Shown here: piece by piece, positions 36,356-51,285 of the stretch
Layout of the letters: each line of letters starts with the position of its first letter
Numbering within the stretch: position 1 is the first letter of the stretch
Assembly (NCBI GenBank): GCA_043228905.1
Contig: JBHGNT010000017.1
Coordinates: 18,848,001-18,912,000 of the forward strand
DNA length: 64,000 nucleotides
Source of the DNA: Azolla caroliniana
Taxonomy: Eukaryota > Plantae > Polypodiophyta
Direction of reading: 5' to 3'
Position numbers and translations under genes: made by a program
Notes under the pieces: model-generated
What the model saw: the letters and a program-made list of their open reading frames with translations, nothing else
Databases searched by the model: none
Told to the model about the DNA's origin: nothing

Positions 36356-37231
36356 GTCGAAGCTTAGGCAAGCAATTGTGGTAATAACTGGTAAATGATC
36401 TGGTCACCTACAATTACATCTCATCATCCACATTCCATTCAAAGTGAGAATGGCAATCTCTTCACACAAATAACCATCTTGAAATTGAGAATGGAGCATG
36501 GCAAAGTTTCTCTAAAGCTGGCTGCATTCACAGACACCACCCCCATGAAGAGATATTTCACAAATTCAGAATTCCAACCATGATACCAGACAAGGGCAGG
36601 CGTGAAGACTCAACCAGTGGTGAGGGACTGAAATCAACGATCATTTATTATACTATTTGATAACCTCACAAGTTACAAGAATATAGGAATTATTTCTCTG
36701 AGTCACATCTAATTCTCAACAGTTGCACAGCCTAGTTCCACAAGCTCTTATTTTCATACATTCCTGGATCAGAGTCAATTAAATACCAGCAGCATACTTG
36801 GTAAGGCTTTGATGACTCTAGATAGACATTCTTTCAGCATGCAGCTTTCATCTGTCATGTTCTGCAAAAATGACACTACTGTACATGTGTTTTACAATCT
36901 TACAATCTGCTGCTTCAGATACACAACCCTTATCACAGAGATCATTGACAGAACTTGTCATAAACTTCAAAATTAGACCTTTAATGCAATAGGTGATTGC
37001 ATTAGAAATTATGGACGATGTGAATTTTCATAACACAGTAGGATCAGTTATACACCCTTTCTGACTGAAGCAATGGTCACGCCGATTTGCACTAACATCA
37101 CAGATGCAAGTAAAACAACCTCTGAATGTCAACGAATGTAAGGAATGAGACTGTGTTACCAGATATATAAATAGAAGTCATTGTAATCTACTGACCTGCA
37201 CTAGCTACTCCCAAGTAACATATATAGCAAT

Positions 37232-40200
37232 TTATCCATCACTCCAGTCATCTTCATCATCACTACCAGCAAAGGCCTGTAACATATTATGATAGTCAAT
37301 ATCAATATACCTTTAGGAGTGCAGGTTATGCTTATCTATAGTCAAAACTAAGTCAGAGAATATATAACACATGTTCAAATAGATACTAGATTTTAGCTAA
37401 GTTTTTGGGAATGATCCTTTTTATTTTTCCCCATCATGAAGTAATAACGTTCAACATCCCTTTTGGCGTCTCTATCTTAGTTCCAGAGATATAACCTAGC
37501 TGCAAGTGGTTTTCAAGACCGTTAATGGAGTCAACTAAAACTTTCCCAAAGTCAGTTTAAGAAAGGCCCCAAAGCAGCTGAATATTGATCTAGGCCTACA
37601 TGATGAAGAGAACAACCACCTGTCTTATTGCATTTGCCTTCTCCAATATAGCAGCCACATTGATATTAGTAACTGGTTGAGGGACTGCTTGCTTTTCAAC
37701 TTTGATTTGTCGCAGGCTGAAGGACTACAGAAACGGACATACAACCGACTGTTTAATTTGACAATTCTATAAGGTAAACTGATCCTCAATAAACTTAGAA
37801 GGTCGAAGGTAACATACCCTATTTCGGATCTGCTCAAGCAGGACTCCTCTTTCATCCGATGGTGCTGTTCTCAAAGACTGACTCAATTCTGGAACCTTTT
37901 TTAACTGCCAAACATTTGCAACATAGTAGATATTTTTATCTTTGATAAAGCACAACCATTAATCTTTTTAAAGGATTTAAGCACAATGTGTCCTTACCGT
38001 GCTTCTGTCATGGGATGCAATAGCTTCAATGAGAGGATCTTTCTTCTGTAATCGTGCAGGGGGAATAGTCTTTGAGTTTAAAACATTGTCAAACTGTTCT
38101 GGTGAAGACATAATTTCAACTGTATCCCCTGAAACTGATGAATATGTACCAACATTTTGTAATCCATCAAGCACTGTTGCAGGCATATGATCATCATATT
38201 TAGATCCTGGAGATATTGTGTCCTTACATACAGAACTGCTGCTAGGAGAGTCTACAAAAAATCTACTCCCTTGAATGCTTGATTGTGATAAAGAACATTC
38301 GTTAACATTCTCTATGTCACCTAAAATTGGATACTTTTGAAGGTTTCCAGATGAAAAACCTGCAGTTGAGACATCCACAGCATCTCTTTTCCCATTCACA
38401 GATGGTGATGAACTATCTACAGTAAACTTCATTGGTGGCAGCTCAAAAGATTCTAGTGTCTCTTTGGGCATGATTGGTAGCTTTTGACTATCATGATGAC
38501 TTGTATTAGATGCATCAAGATCTTGCAAATGATCTACTCTATCCAAAGATCCCTCAGAACTCAACTGCCGCATGTTACTGCAGGACTCCAATTGCTCATC
38601 TCGCTTCATCACGATTTCATGATTCGCAAGACCAGTACTTGAGGAAACGAAATCCTGTGAAGATGGTGGAAACACAGATTGCACAATATCATTTTCTTTA
38701 ACAGAAGTTTCTTCCTTAGTAGTGCCAGATGGTTTAAGAGTTTCCATATGCATATGAGACCTTGTAGGTAAACTTTCACATGAACTACGATTTGTGCTGG
38801 AGGTTTTGATAACCTGTGAAGAAACCAGGTTATTGACATGAAATGGACTGTCTTGAAAAAGTGGAGAATTTTCATGATGAGCTTGAAATACGCCTATTTT
38901 AGAAGGCTCAAAAACCTCCGAAGAAACAGGCAGTTTTTGAAGATCCAGAGAACCTCTAGCTACATCTGGAGATTCTTCACCAATCATCGCTGGAGTATAT
39001 TGTAATTCTAGAGTATTTATAGGCCATTCAGGAGACTGTAATACTTTCAATGCAGGGGATTCTTTGGCTAAAGGATGAGAGTCCTTCAGCTGCATATTAG
39101 AAACAGAGGAAACATTTCCAGGGGCAGATACAAGATGAGATTCCTCTTCCTTGAAAGTGGGCGAAATGGTCTTTTGGAGTCTTTTTGACATGAGCCATTG
39201 ACGCGGTGGTAAAGGCGGTGGTGGGGGAAATTGTTCTGGCTCAACATCCACAAAACTAGAAGAGGTTGCGTATGTTTGCTGAATGGGGAAACCTGATTGC
39301 AATGATAAGTTATAATCCAATGCTACCGGCTGAGACAAGTGGGCGGCAGAACTTCTGGAAGAATCAGTTATCAAAGGATCTGCAAGAGATTTCAAAGGTT
39401 CCAAGGAAGGAAATCTAGAATCCTCACTAGGATATTTAAATGCCTTAACAGCAGAACCCAAAGCCTCATCTGGTGTAAATATCATTGGCTTACAAACAGA
39501 TATCAGTGGCTCAGCAGCTGTGAATTCCATTACTTTAGAATTTGGAGATTCCAATGGCTCAGCAGAGGAACCTATGAATGACTCAGAGAGTGGAGATTCC
39601 AAGACCCCAGTAGATTGTCCTGCACAGATGTCAGGCGAAATAGATCTTGTGCTTACAGGAGATGCAGTGTTTGCAACAGGCTTTGGGGATTCAGATAAAT
39701 GTGATACTAGGGATGGTTCCATTGACCTGTCTGGGGATGGTGTTGATATTTTCAAATCCACACTGAAGACAGTAGTAGCCAATGTTGATGGCCGTGGACT
39801 GGACAAAGTTGAAGAGGAAGCTGAAGAGACTTGCATACCATCCATATCATCATCTGAACCCGATGTACCATCATGTGATTTAGAGACCCATTTAATGGGC
39901 CTGATGCTAGAATCAGGAGATGAGCGAGGGGATGTTCCCTTCAAGCTATCACTCAGTTCACTTTCAGAGTCCTCAGAACTGAGATCTGATGCTGATAAGC
40001 CTTTGTAGAAACCTTCATTTGTTGATTCCAATTGTCTGTCAGAAGAATGTGATCTGCGCCATTTAGGAAGTTTACCTCTGGATCCATCCCCTGATGCACA
40101 AGTTGACACAGGTAACTCTGAAAGATTCTCCATCCCCACACTTTCACCATCATCTGCTTCGGAAGTTTCAGGTGTCTCAGGTATATTTTCTATACTTTCT

Positions 40201-43200
40201 GATTCATAATGGTCTTCTGTTTTCAAAATGCCATTATTTCTTTCCAATAAGGAGTATGTATTGATATTTGCATAGATGTGTCTAGGAGACTCTTCAACCT
40301 TTCCCTCTTGTTCCTTCTCGATTGCAGAATCTGAGAGTTTATACTGTGCATCCCCATCTATGTTTAGTCTACTGACTTGCTGAACAGGATCTATCCTCTC
40401 TATTGTGCTCTGAACATCGCCATCTATGTTTAATCTACTGACTTGCTGAACAAGATCTATCCTTTCCATAGTGCTTTCTTTGTCTGGTATATGCATCTTG
40501 CCTATTTCCTCTTCGGCATAATCTTCATGTGGAAAATCTCTTTCTGATAAATCATGTGAGAATTCAACATTTGCAGTGTGCACTTCAACATTACCTGTGT
40601 GAGATGTGTCATTCATCACAACAGAAGATATTCCAATACTTACCTGTTGTTCCTCATTTTTGCTATCATTACATAGATTTTCTTCATCCATCATAATATT
40701 TTTTGAATCGGTTTTTGCCAAATTCTTTGAAGAAATCTTATCTGAAATAACAAAGTAATCCCCTTCGTCATCCTCAAACTTTACCTTCGTCTCTGTATCT
40801 GTCTCTACCTCTGAATCCATTGTTGTCAATGCATCGACAAAGTTCTCTGTCTCACTGGCAAAATCGTCTGTGATTTCTATAGCCCTCAAAACATCATCAT
40901 CAGATGTCCTCAAAATAGGACCTTCAGATATCCTTGGAGCAGCATCTTCTCCCATGCTTCGAACAGAATCTTCTGACATATTTAGAACAGGACCTTCCGA
41001 CATCCTTTGAACAGCATCTTCAGACATCCTTAGAATAGCATCTTCTGACATCCTTAGAATAGCATCTTCTGACATTCTTACAACATTATCTTCAGATATC
41101 CTGAGAATATTATCTGCTGACATCTTTGTAATAGATTTTTCTGGCATCCTTAGAGCAGCATCTTCTGCTATGCTCAAAGCAGCAGGCTGTGCTGTCCTGA
41201 ATGTTGAATCAACTGATTCCCTCAAAATAGAATCTTTATTCAACATCACCAAATCACCATTTTCGGACATCCTCAAAGCATCTTCCGCTAACTTGAAAGT
41301 AACATTCTCTGATTCCTTTGAATTAATATCTGCACCTTGTCTCTGCGTAGCTGGAGCAGTGTGAGCATCTTTTAACATCCTGGAACCATCTCCTGATGTT
41401 CTCAAAGCAACATTTTCTGATGTACTGGAACTAATATCCACAGCTTGTCTCTGGATAGCTGGAACAGTGAAGGCATCTTTTAGCATTCTGGTACCATCCT
41501 CTGATGTCAATAAATTAACATTTTCTGAGGTCTTGGAACTGATATCAACAGCTTGTCTCTGCATAACTGAAGCGGTGTAAGATTGCTCCTTTAGCATCTC
41601 AGAACCATCTTTTGATATTCTCAATGCAACATTTTCTGCAGTCCTAGAACTGATGTCTACAGCTTGTCTTGCCATAATTGGATCAGTATAAGCATCTTTT
41701 ATCATCCTAGAACCATCTTCTGATGTCAAATCAACATTTTCTGATGTCCTGGAACTGATACCCACAGCTTGTCTCTCCATAATTGGACCAGTATAAACAT
41801 CTTTTAGCATCCTAGAACCATCTTCTGATGCCCTTAAAGCAACATTTTCGGATGTCCTGGAACTTATATCCACAGCTGGTCTCTCCATAATTGGACCAGT
41901 ATAAACATCTTTTAGCATCCTAGAACCATCTTCTGATGCCCTTAAAGCAACATTTTCGGATGTCCTGGAACTTATATCCACAGCTGGTCTCTCCATAATT
42001 GGACCAGTATAAACATCTTTTAGCATCCTCGAACCATCTTCTGATGCCCTTAAAGCAACATTTTCGGATGTCCTGGAACTTATATCCACAGCTTGTCTCT
42101 CCATAACTGGACTGGTATAAATATCTTTTAGCATCCTAGAACCATCTTCTGATGCCTTCAAAGCAACATTTTCTGATGTTCTGGAACTGATATCCACAGC
42201 TTGTCTCTGCACATCAAAATCAATATGCATAAACCTCTGGAAAAACTATTGTTATTATTAAATAAAATAAAACTTTAAAAGGTCATGATGGCATCAAGCA
42301 GATGAATGTAAGTTCAGGACAAGAGCATCGGAACCTTTGAAAATAACTTCTGAATTCAATCTAACTTTTGCACCATGTAACTGCATGCTGAACATTCTTG
42401 TTCTTAATGTTGAACCATCTTTCTTAGAAGATGGCGTTATATGCCCTTCTAAAGATCTAAACACCCAGCTGTTTTGCGCAGCGAAGGCTGAAACGCAGAA
42501 TAAGCAATATATACCCCTACACATATTGGGCCTGAGTCTAATTCTGGCATGGCATAATAAAGTACATTTTCTAACAAAATGAATCATATACCAATCACAA
42601 CCATTGATATCCTATTTTGCACTCTTGTATTTATCTTGACCCAGTTCAACAACTGGATAGACTGGCATATGCAATACTCTACAATCTTTTGATGCTGCAA
42701 AGCTACTCAACATGATACAAAGAACGATGACAGATACATTGGAATGATCCATGGGGATGCTTAAGCATTATTATACTCCTGAGTTGCATTTTTAGAACAC
42801 AGCTCTCTGATACTCTCACTCAGTACCTACTACCAAGGTAGCTTTTTCATTTACTAATAGTTTTTAGTTCAGCTCATAGAGAATTGTTGAGATATCTTAT
42901 GATCAGTTGTGGGTCTCATACGCCATGTTTGCCTCTTTCTTTCTACTTAAAACCAAAAAGGACGGAATGTAAATCATACATGGGAGTGGACAAGTCACAT
43001 GACCTAGTCAAAGTACAGAATCAATGCTATTTATCAATCATTTCACTTTCTTATTAGTTTTTTAGAAACAAAAGAAGCAAGATGTGCACATTACTTTCTT
43101 CTTAATTCTTCGAGCTCTTCTCTCTTGTTGTTCCTTTTCTGCTTTCATCAACTCTGTACTTGCCCATTCCATCTTGAAGAAAAATGGGTCAGTGTATCTC

Positions 43201-46030
43201 TTTAAGCATGCACCAGCTCCAGCAACATCAAACCTGAAGTTTGCAGAGTGTTTCTCAAAATAACAATTTGCAACATCAAATTAATAGTCATTGACAAATA
43301 AACATAAAGAATGCTTACTTATCAAGCAAGAAAAGCCTGGGTGGTTCTCTGCATTCTTCGTAAGCATTTCTAATGAAGTGGGGTAAATCACCCTGTGTAA
43401 AGTGGTTTTGATTGTTGTGAACGCTCGAATGCCATACCATTCCTGCAAACATATTAATACACTTGTTTGTATTTATTTTTGTGAAGATATAATAAGAAAT
43501 ACTAAAATAAGTTCAGATTCTGGAAAAGAAATATCCAAACTGCTTGTGTGTGTAAGAAACAAGCACAAGATTATCAACTGTCAATTTTATCATCCATAGC
43601 CTACAAAAAAGATTATATCATCCCTACTGTGAAATCAGGTAAATAAAGCACACCGTATCTGCTAATGCATAGGAAAGAGAACCTATCAATATAATCTTAT
43701 AAATCCAAGTATATATAGAAACACTTAGACAAATAAAAAGTCCAATTTCATCTCAAATTTTCATAGTCCAACTATCAAGTCATCCATTTTTATAAGTACA
43801 GTAATAAAATACCTTGGCTATATATAAAGTTGTCATGGTTACTTTTGGTCTCACTAAGCATCATTTTCTCAATGAATGGTAGTTCTGACTCTAGTTGTTG
43901 AACTCGTATCCCTAGTTCATGACCCCGAGCTGCTGTAGCTAGGATTTCCTCATGCAACTCATGAAATACCTCTGCTGCAAACCTGGATCGTGAACAAACA
44001 ATCGATTCAGGTCAGTTCATCCTTAAAGCAGTAAACATGAGACAATGTACTCAACAAAAACATTTGAATGTGTATTCTTTCATTTAAAGATGAAATCGTT
44101 TCACTATATTATCAGTTACAACAGAAAACAGTGTTTGTGAAGTATGAAGAGCAAACAGTTTCTGAGTAAGGTGCATGACTCAGCTTCAATTTAAATTTTG
44201 AATCATCAGACTTCTTTCTTGGTTGTTAAAATAACGTTTATATGCACTCTCCATTGTTAAAACATAAAGAACAATTTCAATGGATTGAATTGCTCTAGGA
44301 TTCTTTATCTGCCCATGGGACAGAAAGTGCATCATAGTGTTTCCCTAGAATAAACTACAATACTTAGCATGCATTTTGCCATTATACTTTTGGTATATAA
44401 TTTCCTTAACAAAATTCAGGCACTCCCTTATTTATTTATTGTTCCTTACTTTTGTTCTAATATCCCATGACTACAAGCTTAGGTCATTACTGATAATCTC
44501 ATTTCGAAGTTGATAATTATTGACACCATTGACGAAAGTTGTAGGATCCCTATTTGCAATAAACCGCAAGGAGGTTCTTTAATTAAATCTCACAATAAAC
44601 CATAGATAAAATATCTTAATTTGTCCCAAAAGAATGAAAATTATAATAGGAATTATCTAAAGAACAGACATATCATGAGATGTAGGAGAAGTACTAAAGA
44701 TACTTCATCGCCTTCTTCATCATCATTTCAAAGTGTGTGTCCTCAAAATTACTGAGACATAAATAGTCATTGGTAAGGCTGATACAGTCAATACGCATAT
44801 AACTGGAGTTATTCCCTTCTTATTATCCTCCAATTCACTGAGGGACTGTGACTAACCTTGATTGGGCTTTACCTCACATTGGTTTTTTGTTAAGAAAGGG
44901 AAATTAACCCCATGAGGGATGCTTACCACAAGAGAGACCAGGAAAGCTTAGAGCAACCCGAGCAGGTTTCTTAAAGAAATGATATTGACCAACCTAATGG
45001 ATGTTTGAGCCCAATTTTGAATTTTACAACAAAAGATGGAAAGAGAAATATTTGGTTGAGAGAGAATAGGCAATTTTAAGGTTTATCTTAAGAGAGACCA
45101 AGCAAGTTTAGAGCAACCTGTGCAGGTTCCTTGAAGAAATAAAAGCACAATCAATGCTAGATGAATGCTGCTTGGACAACTTGGTAGATGTTCTGAGGTC
45201 AAAACCTTGCCCTCTGGGACAATGGACTAAGAGAGTTGTTTCATACCGGGATTCGTGGGAGTCAGGCATTCTAGAGAAAGTCCACTGGAAGAGGACAAGT
45301 CAATGAGGTTCATTACAAAGGTTTCTATTATTGCTACGGATGTTCTTTGTGAGGCACTACTTTTGGAACTGGCTCTTTCATAAAGGAGGGGGCCCTTATA
45401 TTTCTATCTGGCCAATGCAAAATGTACTAAATGGGAAAGGATTGCTCAGCTTCTCATGTTTCGAGATGATATGAGTTCTGAGCGTGAATAATGTTTTGTA
45501 GGATCCATGGGCAAAATTAAATAAATGAAAACCTTGGCTCCTTAATTTATGGATTTTCTCCGATAGGGATTCCCTTGTACAATCGAATTGCGCTCTATCT
45601 CACACACTCAAACAATGGCATAAGCATGTTGACTCTATTTTGCCTTGACTAGGTGCCCACATGTTTATTATAATCATGTCATTTTTTGTCTATCTCATTG
45701 CTCCCTAGGTATGTTTAGCATCACTTGTGAGTTCAAATGATGACATAAGAGTTTCATTTCTTTTGTTTGGAGAAAGAAAGAATTGTATCAACAGAAAGGA
45801 GGATCATATTTCCACTGAGAACAAGCACTTTCAAGAAAATGAAGAAATACAGGGATAACAAAAGAGAACTCTTACTCTGCCAAGTCTCCTAGCTGCCGAA
45901 CGATGCCAACCAAGCCTGCCATGGCCACTCCTTCCAGTAATCCTTCCGGATCATCTTTAGCTGCAGCCCGGTAAAGGTCCGGATTTGCAAGGCTATACTC
46001 ATTTCGAATCTCGTACCTTACAAGGGGCAT
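37232..46030 (-). CDS. SCAR: SCAR/WAVE family Arp2/3 activator. Confident exons: 46030-45876, 43982-43813, 43442-43319, 43233-43095, ~42237-37998, 37904-37818, 37724-37620, 37276-37232; possible small exons at 42300-42945 unresolved
   Basis: N-terminal SHD ([72 protein letters not shown]), basic region, [16 protein letters not shown] motif, PPPPPLPP, C-terminal WCA ([39 protein letters not shown]). Confidence 0.95.
40885..42210 (-). repeat. Coding tandem repeats in SCAR: ~9 x 108-bp (36-aa) units followed by ~10-12 x 24-bp (8-aa) units
   Basis: [36 protein letters not shown] repeated, then SEDAILRM-type repeats, visible in the 1417-aa ORF. Confidence 0.95.
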
Positions 46031-46804
46031 GGCTCCTGCTAAACTCTATCAAAACGAGAAAATGCTACAAAAAGAAACACATTCTTCTTCACTGCATGGC
46101 TTGGTTTCCAATCTTAGATCTTCAAACACGCGTGTCCTCCACGTAGACTTTTCTTCTGATCGTCATTTTGGAAGTAATTTTCTGCCTGCATTTATCGGAT
46201 TACAGTCCAAGGCTAATTAAGGTTTATCCCTTTAGATCTTTGAGGGAGGCAGCAGGTTTCGGATCTACTAGCATCTTTAATCACTGCACACGGCTTCCCT
46301 TCTAACTTTCATTTTGGAGGCCATTTTCTTTATGCGCTTGGACGCGCAGTTGTTTAAGCGTTAGGCCTCCGAAAGTGATACCATGAACCTGCTCACATCT
46401 TCCATCTTCGCAAAAGCTTTTTCTCTTCTGGTTATCATGTCGACGCGGTGGATTGCTATTGCAGTTCAAGGCCAATTATGGATCTTCCGACTTTGCAAGA
46501 TCTTCAGTTTTCTATGACTTGTTGTGTGCTATGCATTTAGATTCGAACTGCGAGGCCAATGAGAGTTTCTTTTTTTTCTTTTTTCCTTTTCTTTGGGGGG
46601 TGGGGGGCAGGTTCTTTGAGAGCTGAGCTGCAGGAGAGTGAATGGTGTTGATCAGAGTGCAAAGCAAAGTTGTTGTGTTAACAGGCTTTTCTGGTTGTTG
46701 CATGGGGATTCCGCAGAGGAGGAGAAACAGAAAAGAATGGAGGAACGAGGGAGGAGGAGGACGGACACATTCTCTTCTTCTGTTTTCTTTTCTTTTCTTT
46801 GGTA

Positions 46805-46856
46805 GGAGATGGAGATGGAGATGGAGATGGAGATGGAGATGCAGACAGACAGGATT

Positions 46857-46952
<96 letters not shown>

Positions 46953-47125
46953 GTCTTTTTGTGTCGGGAACAACAGGAAAAAAATGCGAAGTGTAATTAA
47001 TTTAATTAAAAATGCCTCCCTCTCATTTTCATGTTGGATGTATATACATATATATATCAGTATGTATGTATGTATGTATGTATATGTATATATACATATA
47101 TATATGTATGTATGTATATGTATAT
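46805..47125. repeat. Compound microsatellite upstream of SCAR: (GGAGAT)6, (TG)n, (GA)n, (TA)/(TATG)n
   Basis: Directly visible. Confidence 0.95.
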
Positions 47126-50100
47126 CATGCATGACATGGGATCCCATTCATGGGTGGGTGTATGTATATCACGTTTTCCTTTTCCCATTTGGGGCTGAAA
47201 TTGCTAAGGTCTTTCTTTGATGGCCATGTCACCCCATGAGCACACATGTGTGTAGCCAAGGAGTGACACGGACATCGTGGTGCTGTTATGGCACCCAATT
47301 GGATGGTGATGATCAATAACATGTTTGGGAAAAAGGTCGGCGAGGGGGTTGGTTAAAAGCCAAAAGCCGTATGGCTAATCTTGGAAGGGCCTTCAACCAC
47401 CACAACGCCACCTTTGATTGACCCACTCATGTAGCACGAAATGGCCCAAAGTGTTGGGCAAAATCCTGAGAACAGTGTAAGTCTTCCAGCTAGGTTGGGA
47501 CTTTTGCTAGCCAATGTGGGGGACAACCCGAAGTGATTCTAGCCAAATTTTGGAGCAAACCAAAATCCAACTAGTTCATTTTTATTGAACCAACCCTATC
47601 TATCTCTTCGACCAACACTATGGTACGGGAGAATTTTTTAAACATCCTCAACTTCAAACAACGGAAAATGGGATGAGTAAAACACTGCAAATGTCGTGTT
47701 GGAAGTAAGCAAAAAGCCAATTGAAAGGATTTGGAATGTTGGCCCAATATTGGCAAATGTCCATCTCTTCTTAAGCCATGGAAATCATGAGAACATATCA
47801 TTCTTTTGGCTTTTATGTTGAACCCCCAAAAGAAATCAAAATTATGTCTCCATGCACTTATAGGTTTGGGATGGCCCGATCTTAGCCATAGGCACATCTT
47901 TTATGTAAAATTCACAATCAAAATATTACTGTTGAATACCCTACTTGTGGAATCTAGAAAGTGGAGATGATGTTAAGTTTGCGACTTGAGTATGTTTCGT
48001 GTCCTTCTATATACAACGAAAGGTTGCTTTCTTTTTTGTGTATAGGTATAAACAATTGGAACTTAAGAAACAACTTTGGTTGACATTTTTCGATGTATAT
48101 GAATGCGCAGTAAAACATGGTGATAGAATTTTAGTAATTGCCCACTATCACCTCCTCGATGATTGAGAAAACTTGTTCATCCTCCTTGAGTTATAACCAT
48201 TAGTGGGTCTTAATCGCCTCATTACAAGAAAAACATGGCATTAATGGGTCTTAATCACTTCACCCTTTCATGGAGTTATGGTTGGTCTATCATAGATGGA
48301 CATAGTAAACATTAAGAGTTCACTAACAAATTGCTAACAATCTTAGTGACATTAATTCCCAATAGACAATATATTCTTTTGTAACTCATTGGATATGGTT
48401 TACGAACGAAACTTTGCAAACCATTTCTATGATTATTTGACAATGGACACCAAACGCACATTTACACGAGGCTCTGAAATGATTGCCACATTCTTTGAGT
48501 GCAATACATATAATAGATTTCAATGATTTTTGCGTGACACATTTTCCATTACCTAATGTGTGAATCATGATGTTTACTTCTGTTTTGGTCATTGGATACT
48601 TGTGATGGCAGTTTCATTCATTTCATGAACACATTACGTTCCCTTTTCATAAAAGACATGTCATCCACTGAGTAGCTAATGATGCACCATGACTACTATT
48701 AGAAAGCTTCCTACATGCATGTTCTCCTAATAGTGCCAAGCTGCCAGCCTAAATATACTCTTTTTTTCAAAGAAAAATATCACTCCATTAGCCAAGAAGA
48801 ATAACCCCAAGACTACATATTCCTAGTGTACTCAAATAAAAACAAATCTATATACTATACATGAACAAAGAACCATGGTTTCGATTTGACATTTTATTGT
48901 GTGTATGGGATGTGAAAACGGGCACAGAATTTTAGGAGAAAAGTACCAATTGTCAATATCAACCACTGGTACATCTTCATTAGACGGTTAAATGTAAATA
49001 TCAACAACACCACTACCAACACAAAAGGATTCTAATTAAGTATTAGTTTGCATTTTCAAACTGTGTGCATTTTGATTTGAAGTAAGATATTTTAAATCCT
49101 TTAAAATAAGAAACCAACAAGAAAATCAAGAGCTACTAATGTAAGTACATCAATCAATTGATGCTAATTTTGACTGTAAAGAACAATCTCCGATAATAAA
49201 TGGAGCTCCACAATGGAATGTCTTACACATCAGCTAACCTAACATTTGATTTTAATTACAGTTAAATCTAGATGGCATATTTTGCTATCAACCATTTTTC
49301 AAACATTCCTTTATGGCACACATAGAGAATAAAAAAACTTATTAGATTTATGGATAGATTTTCCTTTGAGTTTCTCATTTAGAATGACACAGAGGCTCAA
49401 TTGATTGGCCCAAAACCACAAAAGGCAAAATGTGGACATGAATTGCATATCATTGATTTTATTAATACAACAAAAGGCAAGATTTATTTGGTTGAAATTT
49501 GGTATCTTTAAAAGTCATTCTCTATTAGGGCCCATAACATGGATGTTGCTATCATCAATTGCTCATTGAAAATATGAGGACCCATCAATACAATGATCAC
49601 CATGCTCACGTGTACATGCATCTTTGTAACTCACGTATACATGTACATGAATGTTAACCTTTTCATCTCCAAACCATTCAATATATGATGCTCCATGACA
49701 CTTATGCATACAAATGTCCTACACATGTGTACGCACTTGTGAACTATACAATGACCAACTTACACACAATATATGCTTGACTAGCCCATGCCATGTGCAT
49801 GGTTTCATCATACTTGTAGAGATGGACTACCATAGTTCACATGTTAAACCAAATTAGCACTTTTAGGATTTATGAAGCATAGTGTTTGCTCTAAGTGTAT
49901 CTCATTCTTCCACTCTTTCCATGCATAAAATACATGTGTCTACAGAATGCCTAGACTTACACATGGACGATTTTTTTTTTTTTCTTACATGTGTCTACAA
50001 AACTATATTGCAATAAGCACAACTTTGTTTTAAATATAGCTTACAAGGTTCACTAATACTCATACTTCAAGATTACATTACAATTTGGGATTAGTGACAC

Positions 50101-51285
50101 ATTTACTCATATGATTGCATGTTTTCACAAAAGAGACAAATAGATAGATTTTACTATCATCTTAAAGGTCAAATAGAACCTATGAGACAATATATCTATC
50201 ATAGCCAAGATTCAAACTCAAATCCTCTCTACACATTGAATAGCATCAACCACATGGCTATTCATATTTTATTATGATTATAGATTCCTCAATCCATTAA
50301 CATATATTATATTGGATGTTATTCTTGTATTTTAGAATCCTCTAGGACTTCCTTTCTAAAATCCACTAGAGTATGTACATCTCTTGAACTTTCTTTCTCT
50401 GCATGCAACATGCCTTTCCAAAACTTGTAAATATGTGTCTTCCCCTTGATTGCAATATAGGTGAATCAAGGTAAACAACATCAATTACAAAATTTATAGT
50501 TCAAGTCCTTTGCTCTCATTCATTCCTTCTTAGCCATTGTTTCTCTTTCTCGTGAATATTCATTTTCCCCATTTCATAGAATCACTTGTTCGTGACACAA
50601 TCATGACTCTCCATATGAATACCTCTACACGAAATTGGGAATGTCAAACACGTTGCAATTTTTTCCACCACCTTGCATTTGACTTACATACGTTACACAT
50701 CCTTTTTTTTCAAGTGATATCCAAGACAATGATGCCAATGCACGATGATAGAATATATTTTTAATAACTCGTTACAAGCATGTACCATCCTTTAATAAGA
50801 ACAACCCCCCCCTCCCCAAGGAGCACCATTTGCTTTTATTGACAACAATCTATGCAACAATGATACATATTGTAAATAAATCCATACATTTGGGGAATAT
50901 ATTGTTGTTGTTTAATATCTTCAAATTCCAACCATTGGGACTCAATATCAACCACATCCCCCAATTCTAAGATCCCCACTCGAAACAACAATTGAATTGA
51001 GATCTCAACTTCTTTTTCCCATTCCAATACAACATTTGATAAGAAACGAGTAATTAATTTTGTAATTAATTAAAAAGTTGTTGATTGCTTGATAATGCCC
51101 ACTCAAAAAAGGATAAGACATATTGCCAAGACCTAACCAATTGTTTTAACACATACAAAATGTTGAATCTTAAGAGGAATGCATCTATTGAGCTTTGGCC
51201 ACCACGATGCTTGAATCTTAGTTTTTCCATGCACCAATCCTTCATGCTCAATAAAACATTACATCACAAATATCCATGGTTGATC

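Noticed and set aside
37977-42230. Stand-alone 1417-aa gene
   Set aside because: It is the giant internal exon of SCAR; splice sites link it to the SHD and WCA exons.
42880-42945. Exact small SCAR exon after the basic region
   Set aside because: Several acceptor/donor choices are possible; boundaries cannot be fixed without transcripts.
46512-47220. ORFs of 192-211 aa on both strands
   Set aside because: Generated by microsatellites (HT, LS, CV, ER repeats).
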